32,000 bases of DNA, taken from NCBI GenBank assembly GCA_963704755.1, contig OY969938.1, positions 1,830,001-1,862,000 on the forward strand, given 5' to 3'. The DNA is from an uncultured Chloroflexia bacterium (lineage in GTDB: Bacteria > Chloroflexota > Anaerolineae > Anaerolineales > Anaerolineaceae). The notes beneath the pieces were generated by a model. That model searched no databases, was not told the origin of the DNA, and saw only the letters and a program-made list of their open reading frames with translations. Numbering within the stretch: the first letter of the stretch is position 1; every line of letters begins with the position of its first letter. Below are positions 6,755 through 14,527 of the stretch, piece by piece. The translations under genes and the position numbers were made by a program.

Positions 6755-8554
6755 CTATACCTCCGGCAGCTCGACACCCTTATCGAACAACCCCAGCACG
6801 GTTTGCTGTTCTCGCGGGGTCAGGGTATTTTCGGCCGTAAAAACTTGCAAGCTGCCGGTCTCGCTCAACAAGAACATGGGCAGAAACCGTCCGCCCAGTG
6901 AATCGACCAGTTGCGCGAAGCCATGCCCGCCGTTTAATTTCACTTCGCGGATGTCTGCTCCGCCGTCGAAGCGTTGCGCCAGCTTGTCGAAATCGACCCA
7001 ACTGGCAAACAAAGCCCGCCCGCACAGGTCTTGCGACACGTTCGAACTGATCTGCGAGCATAGTTGATAGACTTCCGAACGGCCGAAGATCTCGCTCATA
7101 CGGATGGCGGCCAGCGAGTTCACCTCCGGGTTGGAAGTCAGGGCAATGAGCTTGCCAATGCCGGTCAGATCGTTGTCGTTGAAAAAGTCTTCCCCCAGAA
7201 TACTGCCGTGATAAGCCTCCAGCCCTTTCTGGAGCGAAGATTGCACATTAGCCGGGTTGGTATCCACCATCAGCACCCGGAAACCGGCCTGTTTCAACGC
7301 TATGGCGATCGATTGGGCCCAGGCGTGGGCCCCAATGATCAAGGTCCCCTGCGGGCTGGGCTGGCTCACGCCCAGCATCCGTCCCACCGGCATCGATGTC
7401 AGCCCATAGATCAAGACCGTGCCGATAATCATCAGGAAGGTCAGCGGTACCAGCCGTTCCGCTTCAGTAAAACCCTCCTGGGCCAGCCGCAGGGCAAAGA
7501 CCGAGGAAACCGAGGCAGCGATGATCCCGCGCGGGGCCATCCAGGCCAGGAAACCGCGCTCGCGCCAGCTCAACCCGGTGGTGGCCGTCGAAAGCAGCAC
7601 CGATAACGGCCGGGCGATCAGGATCAACACCGCCAGGAAAAGGAGCGTCGGCCAGCGCAGTTCACCCAACAAAGTCATCGCGTCGATCCTGGCCGCCAGC
7701 AAGATGAACAGGCCGCTCAGCAGCAAGGTGCGCAGGTTCTCTTTGAATTCAACGATGTGACGAATGTTGACCCAGGGCTGGTTGGCCATGAAAATGCCCA
7801 TGACGGTCACGGCCAGCAAGCCGGATTCGGGTTCGATGACGTTGGCGAGCGTGTACGCCGAAATCACCAGGACCAGCGCGGCCGGGTTCTGCAAGAATTC
7901 GGGCAGCAGGTAGCGGCGCATCAGCAGAATGATCAACCCGCCGAAGAGCAGCCCAACCAGCAGCCCGGTGATCAGGGTGATCAGCACCCCCACCACCAGC
8001 AAGCCGATCGCGGCCGTGCCCGAAATCTCCGAAACGGTCACCTGAAAGACCAGCACCGCAATGGTTGCCCCGACCGGGTCGATGACGATGCCCTCCCACT
8101 TGAGGATATTGAACACCCGGCGGGTGGGACGCACGTGCAGCAGCAGCGGTTGGACCACCGTGGGCCCGCTGACGATCATGATTGCCCCCAACAGAACCGA
8201 CAACCGCGGGCTGAGGTCCAGCAGCAGGTAAGCAAACAGGGCGGTCACCGCCCATACTACCAGTGCGCCCAGGGTGACCAGGTTACGCACGGTGTGACCG
8301 GCTTCGCGCAGCTCGGCCAGGTGCAGCGAAAGCCCGCCCTCGAACAGAATCAAAGCCACCGACAGGGAAACGATCGGAAAGATCAGGTCGCCCATAATTT
8401 GGTCAGGATGCAGCAGCCCGGTCGCCGGGCCGGCCAGCAAGCCAAACAGCAGCAGCACCAGAATGGAAGGTAATCGCAGGCGCCAGCCTATCCATTGGGC
8501 CAATATGCCCAGGATGATAATCGCGGCCAGGGGGATTAAAGCAATTTCGGACAC
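6755..8554 (-). CDS. CPA1-family Na+/H+ (cation:proton) antiporter with C-terminal RCK/TrkA-like soluble domains
   Basis: 599 aa. The N-terminal ~400 aa is polytopic with NhaP-like segments (LPSILVLLLFGLLAGP, ILFEGGLSL, SGPTVVQPLL, LKWEGIVIDPVGA). The C-terminal part begins with a Rossmann-like GTLIIGAHAWAQSIAIALKQAGFRVLMVDTNP. Confidence 0.85.
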   Translation of the reverse strand: MSEIALIPLAAIIILGILAQWIGWRLRLPSILVLLLFGLLAGPATGLLHPDQIMGDLIFPIVSLSVALILFEGGLSLHLAELREAGHTVRNLVTLGALVVWAVTALFAYLLLDLSPRLSVLLGAIMIVSGPTVVQPLLLHVRPTRRVFNILKWEGIVIDPVGATIAVLVFQVTVSEISGTAAIGLLVVGVLITLITGLLVGLLFGGLIILLMRRYLLPEFLQNPAALVLVISAYTLANVIEPESGLLAVTVMGIFMANQPWVNIRHIVEFKENLRTLLLSGLFILLAARIDAMTLLGELRWPTLLFLAVLILIARPLSVLLSTATTGLSWRERGFLAWMAPRGIIAASVSSVFALRLAQEGFTEAERLVPLTFLMIIGTVLIYGLTSMPVGRMLGVSQPSPQGTLIIGAHAWAQSIAIALKQAGFRVLMVDTNPANVQSSLQKGLEAYHGSILGEDFFNDNDLTGIGKLIALTSNPEVNSLAAIRMSEIFGRSEVYQLCSQISSNVSQDLCGRALFASWVDFDKLAQRFDGGADIREVKLNGGHGFAQLVDSLGGRFLPMFLLSETGSLQVFTAENTLTPREQQTVLGLFDKGVELPEV

Positions 8555-8656
8555 GGTAAATCCTGTTGAATGTGCTATAAAACAATCTGCATTCGGGTTT
8601 TCCTCAAGGAGGGTTACCTCCGCCTGTAAACTCGAAACAATATCTGCGGATTGGAA

Positions 8657-9928
8657 TTAAATCTCGAAGGCCAGCAGCGGCACCAGCATCTCTTCCGGGC
8701 TTAAACCGCCGTGGCGGCCGCGCATTTCGTTTTCTTTTTCCGGCCACCAAAGGTAACCGTTCTCGCGGGCAATCAGGATCAGGTCGCCGATCCGCCGGGA
8801 CGTGCCCTCGTACGGTTTACCTGGGCCAAATAGACCGGCCTGGAGGGCCTTGTCCGCTTCGACGATGGCAAATTCGCCCGGCCAGTAACGCTCTACCGAG
8901 TCCCGGAAGTGCGCTTCATGTCCCGGTCGCAGGTAGCAGTAGGCCAGCCGGTTTTCTCCCGAAGGGGACATGGTCAGGTCCGCCTGCAACAGGGGATAGC
9001 TATGCAGGTCGTAGCGCGGATCGGGTGGGGTATCCAACAGGCCATGATCGGCCGTTACCAGGAAGAGGGTATCGCCCTGCCCTTTCTGGCGCAGCGGCTC
9101 GAGGACCCGCTCCAACATCTGGCTGAAGGCGTAAAATTCGAGGTGGATCCGTTCATCGTCCGGCCCGAAGCGGTGCGAAAGGTCGTCGATGTTCGACCAG
9201 TAAGCATACAGGTAGCGATTGGCCGTTCCCGGCTGGCGGATTTTGCCGCCCAGCGAGATGACCAGATCCGCGGCGGTGCGGTAGGGGGTCTGTTTTTGGC
9301 CGGCGAACAGCATGGACGAAAGCCCGGAATGGGTAATATGAGCCGGTTGGAAGATGCCCGTATCGATGTGATTGGCGGACAGGTGCTTCCCCAGGGTCGG
9401 GACGGGCAGGAAGGTGGCCGGGTCGAAACCGGCCCGGGCCAGCCCGTTGGGATCGTTGCCGAAGGTGCTGGGAGCGTGCAGGATCATGTTGGCGATCAGG
9501 CCATATTCTTTCAGCCAGACTTCGTAACCCATGATGCCGTGCTGGGCGGGGTACACCCCGCTCCAGAAAGTGGTTAAAGCCGAGGCGGTGGTGCTGGGCG
9601 AAATGCTGGTCAAGGCGGCCAGGCTGCCCGCTTCGATCCAGGTTTTCCAGGGTTCTTCACCGGCGTGCTGGCGGAACAGGGTCAGTCCCAGGCCGTCCAC
9701 CAGCAGCAAGACCACCTGGCGGTAGCGCTTTTGGAAGGGGGCCAGGTATGCGCCGTCCAGGCTCCCATTCGAGGGGGCCGGGATATCCAGCCGTTGACAG
9801 ATGCTGGCCGGCAGGTTGGCGTTCGAAAAGCCATCGTAAGCCGGGAAAACACTGCGTTCGCCGGCCGGGATCCCGCTCATTTGGTGAGCGTAAATTTGTT
9901 GGAGAAAATGTTCACTCAGGTCTGGCAT
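8657..9928 (-). CDS. alkaline-phosphatase-superfamily protein (nucleotide pyrophosphatase/phosphodiesterase-like, COG1524 type)
   Basis: VVLLLVDGLGLTLF, SISPSTTASALTTFWSG, LFLVTADHGL and GRHGGLSPEEMLVPLLAF match the metal and nucleophile segments of the type I phosphodiesterase family. The ORF track extends to 10078. I prefer the ATG at 9928 (MPDLSEHF, AGGA 5 nt upstream) for two reasons. The extension has non-protein-like composition, and it runs into the 18-bp inverted repeat at 10027-10087. Confidence 0.8.
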   Translation of the reverse strand: MPDLSEHFLQQIYAHQMSGIPAGERSVFPAYDGFSNANLPASICQRLDIPAPSNGSLDGAYLAPFQKRYRQVVLLLVDGLGLTLFRQHAGEEPWKTWIEAGSLAALTSISPSTTASALTTFWSGVYPAQHGIMGYEVWLKEYGLIANMILHAPSTFGNDPNGLARAGFDPATFLPVPTLGKHLSANHIDTGIFQPAHITHSGLSSMLFAGQKQTPYRTAADLVISLGGKIRQPGTANRYLYAYWSNIDDLSHRFGPDDERIHLEFYAFSQMLERVLEPLRQKGQGDTLFLVTADHGLLDTPPDPRYDLHSYPLLQADLTMSPSGENRLAYCYLRPGHEAHFRDSVERYWPGEFAIVEADKALQAGLFGPGKPYEGTSRRIGDLILIARENGYLWWPEKENEMRGRHGGLSPEEMLVPLLAFEI

Positions 9929-10026
9929 GATGGAGTCCTTTGTTGGATGAGTATATCTGACCTTCGGACCTTGTGCAATCTCTGGTTTCAACCTGATCGT
10001 GGAATTATTCAGCTTCGTGGTGCAGA

Positions 10027-10087
10027 ATTGCCGAATTGGATGAGATTGCGCTGGCGTAGACAGCACAAACTCATCCAATTCGGCAAT
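10027..10087. repeat. perfect 18-bp inverted repeat with 25-nt spacer in a divergent promoter region
   Basis: ATTGCCGAATTGGATGAG (10027-10044) and CTCATCCAATTCGGCAAT (10070-10087) are exact reverse complements. The spacer is ATTGCGCTGGCGTAGACAGCACAAA and contains GTAG. It lies 55 nt upstream of the GTG start at 10142. Confidence 0.85.
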
Positions 10088-10141
10088 TACTTTATCTGAA
10101 TTCCGCTTGTCTCACTTTTAACCCCGTGATAAACTTTTAAC

Positions 10142-11569
10142 GTGCAAAAGAAGGTTCTGGTCGTCAGCTTCAACCCTGCTTTTCGAGATCTGTTGCGCCG
10201 CGGCCTGGAAGAAAGCGGGCGTTACAGCCCGGTTTTAGCGCCTGAGACAGACGCGTGGGATTCACACCTCTACCGTGACGACTTTGATCTGATCCTGGCC
10301 GACCTGGCCACCGGTGAGGAAAACGCCCGAACTATTTTATCCAACCTGGACCGGCTGGCCCCAGACCTGGCGCCGGTCGTGTTCCCGCCCGAAAACGACC
10401 CGCAGCATCCCTGGCTGGAAGACCGAAAGCTGGCCGCCTGCCTGATAAAGCCACTCCATTTATCGGCCCTGCTGGAGGCGCTCGATTCCATCTGTGGACA
10501 GCCGGCCGGAGTGAACGATTGGTACCCCGAGGTCATCCTAGATCCACCCACCCTGGCCAACCTGTTGGCGGACACCCAGGCGACGGCAGGTGTCTTATTG
10601 GAATCCGGCCAGGCTGCTACCATCGCCGGCCAACTGGACGCCGCCGGTGGGGCCGAGGTCACCACGCTGCTGCCCGTCCGGGGAAATGACCTGCCCGGTG
10701 ACCTGGTGCGCTATGCCCACCTGGCAGCCACCGGCCAGGACCATTTGCTTTACGGTGTCTGTTTGAGTGGAGACCGCCTGCTGGTCCTGATTTTCCCGGC
10801 CGAAGTCTCCTACACCCGCGCCCGCGCCGACAGCCAATCTGTGATGGCCATCCTGCAGCCGCGCTCGTCCGTCCCGGCCCGCCAGCCCAACCTGGCCCCC
10901 CTGCCCGAGGTCCAGGATTTGCCCGAAGACGAACCCTCCGCCCCGGCCACGCTGGACCAGCTTTCTCAGCCGGAACCGGACGCAGCCGCATCATTTGCCG
11001 ATTTGCTGGCCGGTAAAGCGGATCCGGCGGGTGAATGGGCTCACGAGCCGAATTTTGAGCAGACGGCTGCTCTCACCGAAGAGTCCTTACCGGCTCCGGC
11101 CGGCCCGGACCTCACGCTGGAAGACACCCGGCCCAATCACCCCGGCAATCCGCCGCCCCCGCTCGAGGCCGGCTTCGTTCCCGCCGCCCAGAAATACACC
11201 TGCGTACTGGTTCCGACCCTGCCCGAGACCAGCCTGGCCGGTGAACCGGGCCAGGCGTTAGCCGCCTGGCTGCAGGAATTCTGCCAGACCTTTGGCTGGC
11301 AGCTCGAGCGCGTCCAGGCCGAGCCGCATTACCTGCTCTGGACGGTCACTTTTACCCCACCCGGTACGCCCGGTCACCTGGCGCGCACCCTGCGCCAGCA
11401 GAGTTCGCGCCTGTTAAACGAGAAGTTCCCCCAAATCTCCGGCGTATTGAACGGGAAAGACTTCTGGGCCCCCGGCTTTTTGCTGGTCAGCGGTGGACAG
11501 GCTCCCCAGCCGGCCCAGATCGAGGACTACATTCAACAGACTCGCACACGCCAGGGCTATCCATCCTGA
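10142..11569 (+). CDS. pseudo-receiver (CheY-like) domain protein with C-terminal degenerate IS200/Y1 (HUH) transposase-like domain
   Basis: GTG start with no obvious SD. A TTGTCT-17 nt-TAAACT promoter-like pair at 10107-10135 ends 6 nt before the start, so the mRNA may be leaderless. Residues 1-115 are receiver-like (KVLVVSFN, DLILADL, CLIKPL). Residues ~352-470 parallel IS200/IS608 TnpA: YTCVLVP, EPHYLLW at the HUH position, FWAPGFLLVSGG, EDYIQQT. A long Pro/Ala/Glu-rich linker sits between the two domains. Confidence 0.8.
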   Translation: MQKKVLVVSFNPAFRDLLRRGLEESGRYSPVLAPETDAWDSHLYRDDFDLILADLATGEENARTILSNLDRLAPDLAPVVFPPENDPQHPWLEDRKLAACLIKPLHLSALLEALDSICGQPAGVNDWYPEVILDPPTLANLLADTQATAGVLLESGQAATIAGQLDAAGGAEVTTLLPVRGNDLPGDLVRYAHLAATGQDHLLYGVCLSGDRLLVLIFPAEVSYTRARADSQSVMAILQPRSSVPARQPNLAPLPEVQDLPEDEPSAPATLDQLSQPEPDAAASFADLLAGKADPAGEWAHEPNFEQTAALTEESLPAPAGPDLTLEDTRPNHPGNPPPPLEAGFVPAAQKYTCVLVPTLPETSLAGEPGQALAAWLQEFCQTFGWQLERVQAEPHYLLWTVTFTPPGTPGHLARTLRQQSSRLLNEKFPQISGVLNGKDFWAPGFLLVSGGQAPQPAQIEDYIQQTRTRQGYPS

Positions 11570-11634
11570 TTTATCCATGAGCCCACTGAAACAACACCCT
11601 TTTCCAAAAAAGACCGCAATCATAAGGTGAAATC

Positions 11635-14412
11635 ATGCCGCCAACTTTATACCTGATCGACGGCCATGCGCTGGCTTATCGCACTTACTTTGCCTTGAGC
11701 ATGACCAGTCAGAAATTTTCTACCGCTGAGGGCGAGCCAACCGCCGGGACATTCGGCTTTGCCAGCGTCCTGCTGCGCCTTCTGGAACAAGACCAACCCG
11801 AATACCTGGCCGTCGCCTTCGATACCGGGCGGACCTTCCGCAACGACATGTACCCGGAATACAAAGCCACCCGCGCCAAAATGCCGGATGACCTGCGCCC
11901 GCAGATCGAGCGCATCCGCCTGATGGTCGATGCGCTCAACATCCCGCGGATCGAACACGAAGGCGTGGAAGCCGACGACGTTCTTGGCAGCATTGCCCGC
12001 CAGGCGGTCGCCAAGGGTTTTGGGGTGAAGATCATCACCGGCGACCGCGACCTGCTGCAGTTGGTAGATAACCGTATCCTGGTCAACCTGCCCGAGGGCA
12101 AGCTCTCCGACGCAAAAGATTTTGGTCCCAATGAGGTCATGGCAAAGCTGGGTGTTCGGCCCGACCAGGTTGTGGATTACAAAGCCCTGGTGGGGGATAA
12201 ATCCGATAACATCCCCGGCGTGGCCGGCGTGGGGGAGAAGACCGCCATCAACCTGCTGGAAAAATACCAGACCCTGGATGAAATTTACGCTCACCTGGAC
12301 GAAGTGGCCCCGCGGGTGCGCAACCTGCTGGAAAAGTCGCGCGAGAACGCCTATCTCAGCCAGGACCTGGCCACCATTCGCACCGACGTACCGGTCGTGC
12401 TCGACCTGGAAAAAGCCCGTACCAGCGGGATCAATTTGCCGGCGGCCGAGCAATTATTTATCCAACTTGAATTTCGTTCACTCATCCCGCGTTTGAAGAA
12501 ACTCGAAGGCCAGGTTGTGCCGGTCAACGATGGGCAGCAGTTAGCCCTCTTTGGCCAGCCGGTGGTGCAGATCGGCGAACCCGCCCCGGTCGATATTACC
12601 GTCAAAGTGGTCGATTCCGAAGCGGCCCTGGCCGAATTGACGGCGGCCCTGGAAAAGGCCAAACTGATCTCCTTCGACACCGAAACCACCTCGACCGACC
12701 CAATGAGCGCCGGCCTGGTAGGCATCTCCCTGGCCGTCCAACCCGGGGAAGGCTATTACATCCCGGTGGGCCACACCACCGGAGAGCCGCAACTGCCCGT
12801 GGCGCAGGTAATCGAAGCCCTGCGACCGGCCATGAGCGACCCGCACAAGTCCAAGGTCGGGCACAACCTCAAATACGACTGGTTGATGCTGGCCCGCCAG
12901 GGCCTTGAATCCGCCCCCCTGGATTTTGATACCATGATAGCGGCTTTTTTGGTCCAGCCGGACAGCTACAACCTGGGGTTGAAAGATATGGCCCGGGCTT
13001 ACCTGGGTTTGGCCATGACCCACATCGAGGAATTGATCGGTAAGGGCAAGAACCAGACCACCATGAATGTCGTACCCATCCAGCAGGCCGCCAGCTATGC
13101 GGCCGCCGATGCGGAGGTTTGCCTGCGGCTGATGCCTGTGATGCAAAAACGCATGGAGGAGGTCCAGGCGGCCAGGCTCTTCCATGAGATCGAAATGCCC
13201 CTGGTTCCGGTGCTGGCCCAGATGGAACGTAACGGCGTGGCGCTGGATGTAGACCTGCTCAAGAAAATGTCGGTTGACCTGACCAAACGCCTGGGTGAGA
13301 TCGAGACCGAAATCTACGACGGGGTGGGCTATACCTTCAACCTCAATTCCACCCAGCAGCTTTCCAAGGCGCTCTTCGAAACCCTGCGCCTGGAGCCGCC
13401 CGATCGCCGCAAGAAGACCTCCTCCGGCCATTTCTCCACCTCGGCCGATGTGCTGGAAGAGATCCGCCAGCAGCACCCGGTAGTCGAATGGATCCTGGAA
13501 TATCGCGAGCTGTCCAAGCTCAAGTCCACCTACGTGGACGCGCTGCCCCTGCAAGTCAACCGGGTTACCGGGCGCGTGCACACCTCCTACAACCAGACCG
13601 GCTCGGTCACCGGGCGGCTGGCCTCCTCCGACCCCAACCTGCAAAATATTCCCACGCGCACCGACACCGGCCGGCTGGTGCGCAATGCCTTTGTCGCCGG
13701 TCCGGGGCTGAAGCTGTTGGCCGTGGATTATTCGCAGATCGAGCTGCGCATCGTGGCCCACATGGCCAAAGACGAGGCCATGTTGGACGCCTTCCGCGAA
13801 GGGCAGGACATCCACGCCACCACCGCAGCCGCGGTATACGGCGTGCCCCTGAACGAGGTCACCAAGGACCAGCGCCGCCACGCCAAAGCGATCAACTTCG
13901 GCTTGATCTACGGGATGAGCTCGTTCGGCTTGAGCCGCGCCACCGACCTGACCCTGGGCGAGGCGGAGAATTTCGTCAAGGCCTATTTCAAGCGCTTCCC
14001 GGCCGTCAAGAGTTTCCTGGATGGCATCCGCCTCCTGGCCAAAGAACAGGGCTACGTGGAAACCCTGCTCGGCCGCCGGCGTTATTTCCCCAACCTGAAG
14101 AACCCGATCAACAAGGCCATGGTTGCCCGCGAAGAGCGCGAGGCCATCAACGCGCCTGTACAGGGCACTGCCGCCGATATCCTCAAGATCGCCATGGTCC
14201 GTATGCCGGCCGCGCTGGACGCAGCCGGGCTGCACGCCCGCATGCTCTTGCAAGTCCACGATGAGCTGGTGCTGGAGGTACCTGAGGAAGAACGCGATTT
14301 GGCCACCCGGACGGTCAAGCAAATTATGGAAAATGCCTATCCCCTTTCTATCCCACTGCTCACCGAGGCGCGCTGGGGCCATAACTGGGGCTCTTTACAG
14401 GTGTTGGATTAA
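11635..14412 (+). CDS. polA: DNA polymerase I (5'-3' exonuclease, 3'-5' exonuclease and polymerase domains)
   Basis: 925 aa. The 5' nuclease domain has LIDGHALAYRTYFA and ITGDRDLLQL. The exonuclease domain has ISFDTETTS. The polymerase motifs are A (DYSQIELRIVAH), B (RRHAKAINFGLIYGMS) and C (LQVHDELVLEV). AAGGTGA SD upstream. Confidence 0.97.
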   Translation: MPPTLYLIDGHALAYRTYFALSMTSQKFSTAEGEPTAGTFGFASVLLRLLEQDQPEYLAVAFDTGRTFRNDMYPEYKATRAKMPDDLRPQIERIRLMVDALNIPRIEHEGVEADDVLGSIARQAVAKGFGVKIITGDRDLLQLVDNRILVNLPEGKLSDAKDFGPNEVMAKLGVRPDQVVDYKALVGDKSDNIPGVAGVGEKTAINLLEKYQTLDEIYAHLDEVAPRVRNLLEKSRENAYLSQDLATIRTDVPVVLDLEKARTSGINLPAAEQLFIQLEFRSLIPRLKKLEGQVVPVNDGQQLALFGQPVVQIGEPAPVDITVKVVDSEAALAELTAALEKAKLISFDTETTSTDPMSAGLVGISLAVQPGEGYYIPVGHTTGEPQLPVAQVIEALRPAMSDPHKSKVGHNLKYDWLMLARQGLESAPLDFDTMIAAFLVQPDSYNLGLKDMARAYLGLAMTHIEELIGKGKNQTTMNVVPIQQAASYAAADAEVCLRLMPVMQKRMEEVQAARLFHEIEMPLVPVLAQMERNGVALDVDLLKKMSVDLTKRLGEIETEIYDGVGYTFNLNSTQQLSKALFETLRLEPPDRRKKTSSGHFSTSADVLEEIRQQHPVVEWILEYRELSKLKSTYVDALPLQVNRVTGRVHTSYNQTGSVTGRLASSDPNLQNIPTRTDTGRLVRNAFVAGPGLKLLAVDYSQIELRIVAHMAKDEAMLDAFREGQDIHATTAAAVYGVPLNEVTKDQRRHAKAINFGLIYGMSSFGLSRATDLTLGEAENFVKAYFKRFPAVKSFLDGIRLLAKEQGYVETLLGRRRYFPNLKNPINKAMVAREEREAINAPVQGTAADILKIAMVRMPAALDAAGLHARMLLQVHDELVLEVPEEERDLATRTVKQIMENAYPLSIPLLTEARWGHNWGSLQVLD

Positions 14413-14527
14413 GTGCCTGGAAAAAAGCATCAACTTTGCGGATTTGTTATCCTGCCAGCTTTGCTTTCCGGGCAGGTTTAGGGTAAATTTGTAGAAGTGA
14501 TTCTTTTCTCAAGCTGGAGTGCCCAAC

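Noticed and set aside
9929-10078. 50-codon N-terminal extension of the AP-superfamily gene given by the ORF track
   Set aside because: The extension is lower in GC, its peptide is not protein-like, and it overlaps one arm of the 18-bp inverted repeat. An internal ATG at 9928 with an AGGA upstream gives a normal N-terminus.
12541-14382. 613-aa minus-strand ORF inside polA (and similar ORFs at 11647-12453 and 13488-14264)
   Set aside because: It is antisense to an unambiguous polA. The composition is Gly/Arg/Gln/His-rich and low in complexity, typical of open antisense frames in GC-rich coding DNA.
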